NCBI GenBank assembly: GCA_014802345.1 | Contig: JAAVCM010000003.1 | Span: 6,890-70,889, forward strand | DNA: 64,000 nt | Direction: 5' to 3' | Origin: Bacteroides sp. | GTDB lineage: Bacteria > Bacteroidota > Bacteroidia > Bacteroidales > Muribaculaceae | In this document: positions 8,469 to 19,245 of the stretch, one piece after another | Layout of the letters: the number at the start of each line of letters is the position of its first letter | Position numbering within the stretch: position 1 is the first letter of the stretch | Program-made: the position numbers and the translations under genes | Notes under the pieces: model-generated | Databases searched by the model: none | What the model saw: only the letters and a program-made list of their open reading frames with translations | What the model was told of the DNA's origin: nothing

Positions 8469-10112
8469 ATGGACACGGAAAGGATAATAGAGCAATGTGC
8501 GGCTGGCGATAGGGTTGCTATGGCCCGGCTTTACCGTGCCTATTCTCCCCGTATGCTGAGGCTTATCATGCGCTATGTCAATGACCCTGCCGCCGCGCAG
8601 GACATCCTCCATGACGGTTTCATCGTAATTCTCTCACATATTTCCGAAGTCAGGGTTCCTGCAAAGCTCGAATACTGGATGGGTACCATCATGAAGAATC
8701 TTGCCATTCAGTATCTTAGCCGTATTGAGATTGCAGAATTACTTGACGGTGATGACGAGCCAATCGATTCACCGGAGATGGACGACATCCTTTCATACGA
8801 TGAACTCGAAATCATCATCAATAAGCTCCCTGAGGGTTACAGAAGAATTTTCAAGCTCGCTGTCTTTGAAAACAAGTCGCACAAGGAGATAGGGGAGATG
8901 CTGGGGATAGCACCCCATTCGTCTTCGTCGCAACTCGCACGCGCAAAAGCGATGTTGCGACGTCTGATTGCCGAGCGGCAAGCTGCTATCGGAATCGGCG
9001 CACTGATGATTGTCGCTGCGACAGCACTTTTATTTACGGGACGACTGCTGACAAAGTCAATGCCGATGGCTATGGCGGTCGAGGAGAGTAGCGTGACGGA
9101 AACTGATATTATGGCTGAGACACCAAGCAAGAAAATCATCTGTGACAGCACAGGTTACTATGCTTCTAATGTAACGGTCGTAAATTCGGCCAGTCTGCAA
9201 CTCCACTCCGTAAAGTCAGCGGAAGCAGACGGTACGACTGCTGAATCAGAGGGTGGACACTCCTCATCCGTCGCTGTATCAGATGCCGGCGTGACTAACA
9301 ATATAACTGCGGAGAATGAGGAAGGCATTTCGTCAGAGGAAATCCTCAATAATTATGTAAGAACCGACGACAGTACCGAAAATAGTAATATTGTTGCATC
9401 AGCGGTCGACCCCGTGGACGAATATCTGGAAGCTGTCGGCTTCAAATTAAGCTCCTCCCGAAAGTGGAGTGTCGGAGTGAATTATGATATCAGATCATTA
9501 CACCTTGATCATTCTGAGAATAATAATGATGATTTTATGTCTAACTTACCTGAGTTTGAAAATCCGAAGGATCCGGATAGTCACCCTAAAAATACAGTAT
9601 CACGATCTGGAGGAGTACAGACCACTGAAATCCATCACATCATGCCCATTACGATTGGGATGAGCCTGAGTCATCAGTTGAATCAACGTCTGGGTATAGA
9701 GACCGGTCTCAATCTCACATACGCCCGCAGTGAGGTGACAGAGAAGACCCACGGTCGTATCACATCAGAAAGGATTGCCAAGACATATTATATAGGAGTG
9801 CCGGTAAAGATGAATTACATGATAGCCACATATCACCCCGTAGGGGTCTACGGTAGTTGCGGTGTAGCAATCGACATTCCTGTTATCCATTCCGCTCATG
9901 TAGTCAGAAGGCGAGAGGATTACGAAGATCCGTGGATACAGTTCTCGGTTTCGGGAGGACTCGGAATAGAATACCGTCTGTCGCCATCCATGAGTATCTA
10001 CGCCGAGCCGTCAGTGAGATATTATCCTGACAATGGCTCGTCGTATTCCACATACCGCAGTGAGCATCCGTGGGAGATCAGTGTTCCCGTCGGAATCCGT
10101 TTTAAATTGTAA
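8469..10112 (+). CDS. ECF sigma-70 factor fused via TM helix and acidic linker to a C-terminal outer-membrane beta-barrel
   Basis: aa 1-170 sigma regions 2 and 4 (AQDILHDGF, LPEGYRRIFKL...SHKEIGEMLGI...SSSQLARAK); TM AAIGIGALMIVAATALLFTG; barrel strands (IETGLNLTY, YYIGVPVKMNY, GLGIEYRL, YAEPSVRYY) ending VPVGIRFKL. Confidence 0.85.
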   Translation: MDTERIIEQCAAGDRVAMARLYRAYSPRMLRLIMRYVNDPAAAQDILHDGFIVILSHISEVRVPAKLEYWMGTIMKNLAIQYLSRIEIAELLDGDDEPIDSPEMDDILSYDELEIIINKLPEGYRRIFKLAVFENKSHKEIGEMLGIAPHSSSSQLARAKAMLRRLIAERQAAIGIGALMIVAATALLFTGRLLTKSMPMAMAVEESSVTETDIMAETPSKKIICDSTGYYASNVTVVNSASLQLHSVKSAEADGTTAESEGGHSSSVAVSDAGVTNNITAENEEGISSEEILNNYVRTDDSTENSNIVASAVDPVDEYLEAVGFKLSSSRKWSVGVNYDIRSLHLDHSENNNDDFMSNLPEFENPKDPDSHPKNTVSRSGGVQTTEIHHIMPITIGMSLSHQLNQRLGIETGLNLTYARSEVTEKTHGRITSERIAKTYYIGVPVKMNYMIATYHPVGVYGSCGVAIDIPVIHSAHVVRRREDYEDPWIQFSVSGGLGIEYRLSPSMSIYAEPSVRYYPDNGSSYSTYRSEHPWEISVPVGIRFKL

Positions 10113-10158
10113 AGTTTTTATGTAGCTGTTGACGACTACCCAATTTTTCAAGCAGGAT

Positions 10159-10190
10159 GATGCAGTCTTTTGTAATTTTTCCAATCATTA
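10159..10190 (+). promoter_or_regulatory. Putative ECF-sigma promoter GATGCAGTCTTT-N14-TCATTA (target-gene copy)
   Basis: Matches 8427-8458 in both boxes and spacing. Confidence 0.7.
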
Positions 10191-10222
10191 ATACAGAACA
10201 AAAACGAAAACATCCTGCAAAT

Positions 10223-11035
10223 ATGAGAACATCTAATATCATTTTTATCATGTCGGCTGCCTTTGCGCTGACTTCATGTCTGGGTGACGACGAGCCGAAG
10301 GACCGCACTGTCCGCGATAGGGTCACTGTGCTGTCGGAAACTCAGGTAACTTTCCCTTTTATGGATACAGAGAGGCACTCGCCCATCGAAAATCTTGTGA
10401 TTGTGGATCGACGTGGCGGCAGAAGCTATGTCGGTCTGTCGGAAATTGAGGACTTTGATTGGGAACGCGGCTACGAATATACTCTCGAAGTCGACAAAAC
10501 TATTATCGCCAATCCTCCTATGGACGGGTGTAACGTCAGCTATTCGCTCCATAAGGTCGTGGACCGTCGGAAAGACCCGTCGTTCACTCCGTCGGGTATT
10601 GATGTCAATACGGTGAGCGACGTAGTGTATGCGCCTGAAGCCCCTGTGGAGATTTATGTTCTTGACTGGGACCGTTTTTCGATTGACGGTAAAGGACATA
10701 TTGAGGCTACGCGCCACAATCTTTTGACTCAGGTGATCTTCGACGGCGTGTTAAGTCTCGCTTACACCCTCCGGGAGGATAGCCCGTTCTACTGCCTGTG
10801 GAATTATCTCGCGGGAAAAATTTATGTAGGCTCTCCGTTTGATGACCGTCTGCGTCCGGTTGAACCGGCGGCCTACGGTCAGTCCTATCCGTTAGAATCA
10901 ATTGTGACTTCTAAAGAATTGAGGCGGATGGCCGACGAGGGGACAGCCGGGGATAAGTTTGAATATTCGCTCTATATCTACGGCGCCGAGAATCTTGCTT
11001 TGCAGAAAGTAAATCTTGTGTTTGAAAGAATTTAA
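10223..11035 (+). CDS. Lipoprotein with DUF4377-like domain
   Basis: Lipobox LTSC followed by acidic residues (CLGDDE); IEDFDWERGYEYTLEV...NPPMDG motif typical of DUF4377; ATG 10223 preferred. Confidence 0.75.
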   Translation: MRTSNIIFIMSAAFALTSCLGDDEPKDRTVRDRVTVLSETQVTFPFMDTERHSPIENLVIVDRRGGRSYVGLSEIEDFDWERGYEYTLEVDKTIIANPPMDGCNVSYSLHKVVDRRKDPSFTPSGIDVNTVSDVVYAPEAPVEIYVLDWDRFSIDGKGHIEATRHNLLTQVIFDGVLSLAYTLREDSPFYCLWNYLAGKIYVGSPFDDRLRPVEPAAYGQSYPLESIVTSKELRRMADEGTAGDKFEYSLYIYGAENLALQKVNLVFERI

Positions 11036-11133
11036 TAACTATCTGATATATATTTACCAAGATGAAACTTTTCGGACGTGTCAACAAATTGTGATTGGCT
11101 TCAATGTGAATGATGAAGTGAATATAACGTAGA

Positions 11134-11172
11134 AAGCCGCCGCGGAAATTATTCCGTGGCGGCTTCCTTTTT
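11134..11172. terminator. Intrinsic terminator between convergent lipoprotein and galK genes
   Basis: AAGCCGCCGCGGAA/TTCCGTGGCGGCTT hairpin followed by T-run. Confidence 0.7.
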
Positions 11173-11199
11173 CGGTCGTTTCAGTATTTCGGCGTGGAT

Positions 11200-12342
11200 T
11201 TATTCCTCAATCTTGCGTGCGCCGTCGGAGATGATGACGTCGTAGATTTTGGGTTCGTGACCGTAACGCTCGTTGAACTTCTCGGTAACGGTCTTGATGA
11301 AAGAATCGTGGATAGCGTCAGGGACGAGGTTGATGGTGCAGCCGCCGAAACCGCCGCCCATGATGCGCGATCCGGTCACACCGCACTCCTTGGCTACGTC
11401 GTTGAGGAAGTCGAGTTCCTCACACGAAACCTCGTAGTCTTTGGAAAGGCCTTCGTGAGTCTCATACATCAGACGGCCTACGGTCTCGATGTCGCCACGG
11501 TTGAGGGCATCGCAGACTCCGAGCACGCGGTCCTTTTCGCCGATGACGAACTTGGCACGCATATAGTCCTCGGCGGAGATGTCGGACTTCACGGCGTCGA
11601 GCATAGCCATGTCAGCATCGCGGAGGGTCTCGATGCCGAGACGCTTGGCTACGCGCTCGCAAGATTCACGACGCTTGTTGTAGGGGGAGTCGACGAGTTC
11701 GTGTTTCACCACAGAGTCGACAAGCACGAGCTTATAGCCGTCGATCTTGAAGGGAAAATACTCGTATTCGAGTGAACGGCAGTCGAGACGGATGAGACAG
11801 TCTTTCTTGCCGAATACGGAAGCGAACTGGTCCATGATACCGCAGTTGACACCGCAGTAGTTGTGTTCGGTCGACTGGCCGATTTTGGCAAGCTCGAATT
11901 TGTCGATGGAGTTGCCGTTGAAAAGGTCGTTGAGGGCGAAAGCGAAGCATGATTCAAGGGCGGCTGACGACGAGAGGCCTGCACCGAGAGGCACGTTACC
12001 GGCAAACACAGCGTCGAAACCTTTGACGGTGCCACCGCGCTTGATGATTTCGCGGCATACGCCGAAGACGTAGCGCGCCCACTGCTCCTTGGGTGCATCA
12101 GCCTCGTTGAGACCGAAGGATGCGCTTGCATCCATGTCGACGGAGTAGAGATTGACTTTCTCAGTGTCGTTGGGGCGGATTTCTGCCATGATGACCTTGT
12201 CAATTGCGCCGGGGAATACGAAACCGCCGTTGTAGTCGGTGTGTTCGCCGATGAGGTTGATGCGTCCTGCCGAGCTATAGAATGTGCCTTCGCCGCCGAA
12301 GTGCGATGCGAAAGCCTCACTGATTTTTTTCTTTAATTCCAT
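11200..12342 (-). CDS. galK: Galactokinase
   Basis: GRINLIGEHTDYN, PLGAGLSSSAA, CGIMDQF, GSRIMGGGFGGC. Confidence 0.95.
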   Translation of the reverse strand: MELKKKISEAFASHFGGEGTFYSSAGRINLIGEHTDYNGGFVFPGAIDKVIMAEIRPNDTEKVNLYSVDMDASASFGLNEADAPKEQWARYVFGVCREIIKRGGTVKGFDAVFAGNVPLGAGLSSSAALESCFAFALNDLFNGNSIDKFELAKIGQSTEHNYCGVNCGIMDQFASVFGKKDCLIRLDCRSLEYEYFPFKIDGYKLVLVDSVVKHELVDSPYNKRRESCERVAKRLGIETLRDADMAMLDAVKSDISAEDYMRAKFVIGEKDRVLGVCDALNRGDIETVGRLMYETHEGLSKDYEVSCEELDFLNDVAKECGVTGSRIMGGGFGGCTINLVPDAIHDSFIKTVTEKFNERYGHEPKIYDVIISDGARKIEE

Positions 12343-12415
12343 GGATTATGGTCGGTAAATTTGGGGAGTAGATATGTAAAAATATGTTTCCGGTATGTCT
12401 GCCGTCGCGGTGAGG

Positions 12416-13321
12416 TCAGAACATCTTGTCGGGATACACACCGTCGGCATGGAGCTGGGCGAATTTCTCGACCACTCCGGGACGGTCGGCGGCGTATGTC
12501 ACGCCGAACCAGCGCGAATCAGTGTCGAGCACCTTGACGGTTGCCTCGCCCGAGTGGATGAGGGTGTCGATGACGAGGGGAATGAAGAACTCGGCTTTCG
12601 GAGTGTTGAGGTCTTTGTCAAGGAAGGTCTTGAACTCACGCTCGGAGTAGTCGAAATAGTCGGGAGTGAAGCCCCAGAGGTTCATCGAGACAGGGGTCAT
12701 GGGGTCAAGTGTCTGTTCCACGCCATTCTCGTCGGTGAACACGATGTCGCCGTTGGGAGCATAGGAGATGGCTGTGCGCTCGACCACACCGGTCAGGTTG
12801 CCGTCGTCACCCTTGGAACATACACCACGGGCTACGGAGCCGTTTTCGGTCATGGTGTTGCCTACGCGGAAACCGACCATAGAGTAGTCGCCCTTGCGTT
12901 CGCGGGGACGCATGAGGTCTTCGGCCATCACGCGGAAAGCATCGCGGCCATAGAAGTCGTCGGCGTTGATGACGGCGAAGGGTTCATTTATGACCTCACT
13001 GCCCATCATGACGGCGTGGTTCGTACCCCAAGGTTTACTACGGTCTGCGGGGCAGGTGTAGCCCTCCGGGAGCTTGTCGGTCGACTGGAAGACTACTTCC
13101 ACAGGGATATGTCCCTCGTATTTCGAGAGGATTTTTTCGCGGAAATCTTTTTCGAAGTCCTTACGGATGACGAAGACTACTTTGCCGAAACCGGCCTGAA
13201 TTGCATCATAGATGGAATAGTCCATGATGGTCTGTCCCTGAGGACCTAAGGGGTCAAGCTGCTTGAGACCCCCGTAGCGGCTGCCCATACCGGCAGCGAG
13301 TACGAAGAGTGTAGGTTTCAT
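12416..13321 (-). CDS. Sugar-phosphate nucleotidyltransferase (NTP_transferase family)
   Basis: VLAAGMGSRYGGLKQ, KPWGT, INADDFYG. Confidence 0.88.
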   Translation of the reverse strand: MKPTLFVLAAGMGSRYGGLKQLDPLGPQGQTIMDYSIYDAIQAGFGKVVFVIRKDFEKDFREKILSKYEGHIPVEVVFQSTDKLPEGYTCPADRSKPWGTNHAVMMGSEVINEPFAVINADDFYGRDAFRVMAEDLMRPRERKGDYSMVGFRVGNTMTENGSVARGVCSKGDDGNLTGVVERTAISYAPNGDIVFTDENGVEQTLDPMTPVSMNLWGFTPDYFDYSEREFKTFLDKDLNTPKAEFFIPLVIDTLIHSGEATVKVLDTDSRWFGVTYAADRPGVVEKFAQLHADGVYPDKMF

Positions 13322-13369
13322 GTTTTGAAACGTATTGTTTTTGAGTTATTGTAGTCGTTGATTATTGTG

Positions 13370-14419
13370 TCAGCGAGTTTTGAACTTGAATACGATAGTC
13401 TCGTCATACTCCTCGCCGGGGCGGAGTACGGGTGAGGGGAATTCAGGTTTGTTGGGCGAGTCGGGGAAGCCCTGACATTCGATGGCCACGCCGTCGTAGT
13501 CGTTGTAGGTGCCTCCCGATATGCTTTCGGGACATCCGGCAAGCCAGTTGCCGGTATAGATCTGCATACCGGGCTGGGTGGTGGCGATGACGAGTGAGCG
13601 TCCCGATTTTTCCGAGCGGAGTTCGGCTACCTCTTTGAGCGTGCCTTTTCCGTAGCCGTCGATGACCCAGCAATGGTCATAACCCTTACCGACTTTCAGG
13701 GGATGGAAATCGGCGTTGATGTCGCGGCCTATGGTCTTGAATTCGGTGAAGTCCATCGGAGTGCCTTCGACAGATGCCATTTCGCCGGTGGGTATCTGAG
13801 TGTCGTCGGTGGGGAGATAGCGCGATGCACGCAGGAGGAGTTCGTGGTCAAGCACGGTGCCTGAGTTTTCTCCGTCAAGGTTGAAATAGGCATGGTTGGT
13901 GAGGTTGACCACTGTCGGAGCATCTGTTTCGGCAGTAATGTGGAGCGTCAGTTCATTGTCGTCAGTCCAAGTGTACTCGGCTTTTACGTCGAGATTGCCG
14001 GGATAGCCCTCCTCGCCGTCAGCGGCATGGTAGGTGAAGGTCACTTTGTTTCCCTCGGCTGAACTGGCCCAGATGCGGTTCATGAATCCGGTCGGGCCTC
14101 CGTGGAGCGCGTTGGGACCATTGTTGATGGCAAGGTCATATTCCTTGCCGTCGAGGGTGAATTTACCGAGGGCGATGCGGTTGGCGAAACGTCCGGGGAT
14201 TTTTCCGGCACATGGCCCGTCGGCCAGATATGATGCTGGGTCTTTGTAGCCAAGGGTCACGTCGGCCATGTGTCCGTCACGGTCGGGGACACGGACGGCC
14301 ACGATGCCGGCACCGAGGCTCGAAAGGGTCACAGAAGCTCCCGAGGCGTTGGTGAGGGTATAGAGTGTGATTTCTCCTGCCGGAGAGGGTGAGTTGACAG
14401 TTTGTAGTTCCATATTCAT
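13370..14419 (-). CDS. galM: Aldose 1-epimerase (galactose mutarotase); start uncertain (14413-14446)
   Basis: GRFANRI, LHGG, DGEEGYPGNL, NLTNHAYFNL, YDHCW, QIYTGN. Confidence 0.93.
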   Translation of the reverse strand: MNMELQTVNSPSPAGEITLYTLTNASGASVTLSSLGAGIVAVRVPDRDGHMADVTLGYKDPASYLADGPCAGKIPGRFANRIALGKFTLDGKEYDLAINNGPNALHGGPTGFMNRIWASSAEGNKVTFTYHAADGEEGYPGNLDVKAEYTWTDDNELTLHITAETDAPTVVNLTNHAYFNLDGENSGTVLDHELLLRASRYLPTDDTQIPTGEMASVEGTPMDFTEFKTIGRDINADFHPLKVGKGYDHCWVIDGYGKGTLKEVAELRSEKSGRSLVIATTQPGMQIYTGNWLAGCPESISGGTYNDYDGVAIECQGFPDSPNKPEFPSPVLRPGEEYDETIVFKFKTR

Positions 14420-14673
14420 TGATTTGAATTGATGAGAGCCATTCACGGCATAGATTTCGATGCTTTAATCAGTTTATTGCAAAAGTAGCGATAATAAAAC
14501 TTCTCCGCAACCGTCGCAGGCTAAAAAAACGAAAATTGATAAAAAAGGATATAAAACTTGAAACACCCGGACAAATTTCTGCGCTGCCTACTTGCCGACG
14601 TGCATGATTTGTGTGGAAAAATTTGTAACTTTGCACCCCGAAAATCAAAATGATAGACTGAAATTCAATTTAG

Positions 14674-16296
<1,623 letters not shown>

Positions 16297-16327
16297 AGCG
16301 GTAAGAGCTTAAAATATAACTTAATTT

Positions 16328-16421
16328 ATGTAGGGCCTGCGCTTGCGCCGCCCGGAGTCCGGACGATACCGATAGAGGGTTGATCGTCTGATGGAATCCG
16401 GACGGTGCAGGCGCAGGCTCT
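16328..16421. repeat. GTAG-type REP-like inverted doublet between convergent genes
   Basis: Arms 16332-16360 / 16393-16421 pair with G-U wobbles; begins GTAGGGCCTGCG; the same 14-mer occurs on the minus strand at 8327-8340. Confidence 0.6.
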
Positions 16422-16441
16422 GTTTAGTGTCCTTCCAATTT

Positions 16442-19204
16442 CTAAGATTGGGCTTTACGATAGGCAGTAGGAGTGAGATTATACGCGGATTTGAAGCATT
16501 TTCCGAAATAGTTCAAGTCGGAAAATCCGCAGTCAAAAGCGATGTCCTTGACCGGGCGGTCGGTGGTGGCAAGGAGCGTGGAGGCACGGCTCAGACGGCT
16601 TTCACGGATGAAATCGCCGGGCGTCACGCCTAGGATTGATTTCATCTTGCGGTTTAGACCGCTACGGCTTGTAGCGACTGCCGATGCCATGTCGTCGACC
16701 GTAATCCCGGGGTCATTGAGGTGGGCATTGACAAATTCGACAACGCGGTTCATGAAGGCTTCATCTGCCGGACTGAGTTGCGGTATGGCTGGCGATGGCT
16801 TGCGCGGCACGTCGGAGACATTGGGGACTGTTTCATCGTCAGGGCTATCCGAAGATTTGTCCGGCGAGGGAGTCGTGTCAAGCAGACGGAGGTAGGCTTC
16901 AAGAGTCTCGCGCTGTTTGCGCTTGATGCGCCGTATGTATAGCAGTGTGTAGACCGCAGTTGCGATTATGCCTGCGGAGAGGAGGACATAGAGGAAGTAT
17001 GCAAGGGGTGTCTCCCAGAACGTCGGGGTGACGATAATGGTCATCGTGGTCGTTTCGTCGGTCTGTTTTCCGTAGCTGTCGGTTGATTTTATTTCAAGAC
17101 GGTAGGTTCCCGGATCCATGTCGAGAAAGGTCACGGAACGTGTGCGTCCGATGGGAGTCCATGCACCGTTGTCAAGGCGGAAATAATAGAGTATTTCCGC
17201 TGGGGCTGTGAAGTCAATGGCGGCGAAACGTAGTGTCAGACTGCGCTCGTGAGATCCCAGCATTACCGTATCGGACGAGGCCGAGAGCAGCGAGTCGGGG
17301 CGGTTCTGTATTGAGACGGAGGTGAAGATGAGCGGAGTTTTCCGGTCGGTAGTCTCCGGCGTGGATAAATCACATACGATGGCTCCGTCCTCCACTCCTA
17401 TAAGCCATTTTCCGTTGCCGAGTCTGATAGGTCTTGCATCGGTGAAATGGAGATTGTCGTGCCAGTAGGATGATTTGTAGGCCGTCGCCGAACTGTCAGT
17501 AGGATTGAGTGTATAGAGAAGATTGTTGCTCGTCACAAGTAGATGTCCGTCGTCTGTCGTCGCTTCCGAGAGGGTTATGTCGGTCGGCAGCCCCGCGCGG
17601 GTATTGAAGCGGGTGAACGATGGGGATGGATCGTCGGGATTGAAAGGAGCTTTGAGCATATTGATGCCGTCGCTCTCTGTGGCGATGAATATGTTGCCGT
17701 CGCGGTCGGTGACGGCATCCATTACAGCAATATTGCCCAGTGAATTACCCCTGCCCGGATGACTGATATGGAGAGTAGGGCGGAAATCCGTCAGTCTCTG
17801 GGGGAGACGTGCGGTCAGAAGTCCTCCTGTGGTAGCGGCCAGAATCAATGAATCACCACTGATGTGCAGACGGCGGACACGTTGCGCACCGTTGGGATAT
17901 GCTTCCGTAGATGCAAGTCGTGTGAATGTGGGCGTGTCATCGTCAGGATTCTCCGAGCAGTCGATTCCTCCGCCGAGAGTTGCGACCCATAACCGTCCCT
18001 TTCCGTCAAAGGCGATATCATGGACATTGGCCGACGAAATACTACGGCTGTCGGACGGATTGTGGGTGAAGTTTTCAACATTGTATTCTCCGTCAGATTT
18101 CCGACGGACACGGTAGAGACCTCCCGGTTTGGAACCGAGCCATACCGTCGGTCCCGAGGTGAATGTTATGGCATATACGGGGACCCCGAATTGAGTAAAT
18201 TCCTTGTGCAGCCTGCCATCCGCCCCGAGATAGAGAGGGTGGGAGTGAGCTGGAGAACCATCGGGGAGAGTTGGATAGACGGCAATGGCGTTGCGGTCGC
18301 TTTCCGACACCCAAAGACTGCCGTCAGGAGCGATGGCGGCGGTGCGCATACGCGTTCCTGTCCGTGTCTGGGACGGGAGTTTTTCATAATTGTGCTTTCC
18401 GAGTGTCAAGCGGTATGCACCGTTGGAATTTCTGAGCCAAACGTTCCCCCTGCTGTCCGTCATGGAATAGAACAGCGGACTGTTGCCGGTGTCGAGCCGA
18501 CCTACGGTGCTGAAATGTTCTGTCGTTCCATCGGAGTATGCCACCTCTCCATTGCGGGTGACTATCCAAAGGCTGCCGTCAGGGTGACGCTGCGAGTAGA
18601 CGAGTTCGTCATTTCGGTAACCTCCGACGTCGCCCAGTTTCCGGTTGCCGGAGGAGATGAATTTAAAGGGAGGACAGCTTTCGGAAAGAGTGGCAGACCC
18701 GACCGGATTTTCGTCCGTCATGGTGATATACCGATTGTCATCGCACCGCACTACGGTTTTCCCATCAGTTGTGGTCAGAATCTGCGAGATACGGAACGTA
18801 GTCCTGAATTTGTTTTCAAGGAGCGAACTGATGTCTTCGAAGCGGTAGGTCGAGAGGTTGAACCTCAGAAGGTGGTCGTCGACACGACACCACAGACCGT
18901 CGTCGCCCGAGAGTTTCAGATCGCCTATACGGTTGGAATACCTTCGGGCATCGTCATTGTCGTCAGGCTTTATTTTTGAGAACTCGTAGCCGTCGAACCG
19001 GTGCAGCCCGTCCCACGTCGCTATCCATATAAAGCCATTGGAATCCTGTACAATCTGCTTCACTGCACGTTGCGACAGCCCGTCAGTATCATCATAATGT
19101 CTGACCATACAGAATGGCAATCCGTCAGCGTGTCCCGACAGAACACAGAGGATTGTAACGAATATTATGAAGAGTGGACAGCGTTTCATGGTATGATGCG
19201 GCAT
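16442..19204 (-). CDS. Membrane-bound AraC regulator: periplasmic beta-propeller (Reg_prop) + Y_Y_Y + TM + AraC HTH, lacking kinase and receiver domains
   Basis: GLSQRAVKQIVQDSNGFIWIATWDGLHRFDG repeats; TFLDMDPGTYRLEIKSTD; PTFWETPLAY + TM; DIAFDCGFSDLNYFGKCFK. Confidence 0.88.
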   Translation of the reverse strand: MPHHTMKRCPLFIIFVTILCVLSGHADGLPFCMVRHYDDTDGLSQRAVKQIVQDSNGFIWIATWDGLHRFDGYEFSKIKPDDNDDARRYSNRIGDLKLSGDDGLWCRVDDHLLRFNLSTYRFEDISSLLENKFRTTFRISQILTTTDGKTVVRCDDNRYITMTDENPVGSATLSESCPPFKFISSGNRKLGDVGGYRNDELVYSQRHPDGSLWIVTRNGEVAYSDGTTEHFSTVGRLDTGNSPLFYSMTDSRGNVWLRNSNGAYRLTLGKHNYEKLPSQTRTGTRMRTAAIAPDGSLWVSESDRNAIAVYPTLPDGSPAHSHPLYLGADGRLHKEFTQFGVPVYAITFTSGPTVWLGSKPGGLYRVRRKSDGEYNVENFTHNPSDSRSISSANVHDIAFDGKGRLWVATLGGGIDCSENPDDDTPTFTRLASTEAYPNGAQRVRRLHISGDSLILAATTGGLLTARLPQRLTDFRPTLHISHPGRGNSLGNIAVMDAVTDRDGNIFIATESDGINMLKAPFNPDDPSPSFTRFNTRAGLPTDITLSEATTDDGHLLVTSNNLLYTLNPTDSSATAYKSSYWHDNLHFTDARPIRLGNGKWLIGVEDGAIVCDLSTPETTDRKTPLIFTSVSIQNRPDSLLSASSDTVMLGSHERSLTLRFAAIDFTAPAEILYYFRLDNGAWTPIGRTRSVTFLDMDPGTYRLEIKSTDSYGKQTDETTTMTIIVTPTFWETPLAYFLYVLLSAGIIATAVYTLLYIRRIKRKQRETLEAYLRLLDTTPSPDKSSDSPDDETVPNVSDVPRKPSPAIPQLSPADEAFMNRVVEFVNAHLNDPGITVDDMASAVATSRSGLNRKMKSILGVTPGDFIRESRLSRASTLLATTDRPVKDIAFDCGFSDLNYFGKCFKSAYNLTPTAYRKAQS

Positions 19205-19245
19205 GGTGTACCGGTTAAACCCTATTCAAGGATTTGGTCATATGT

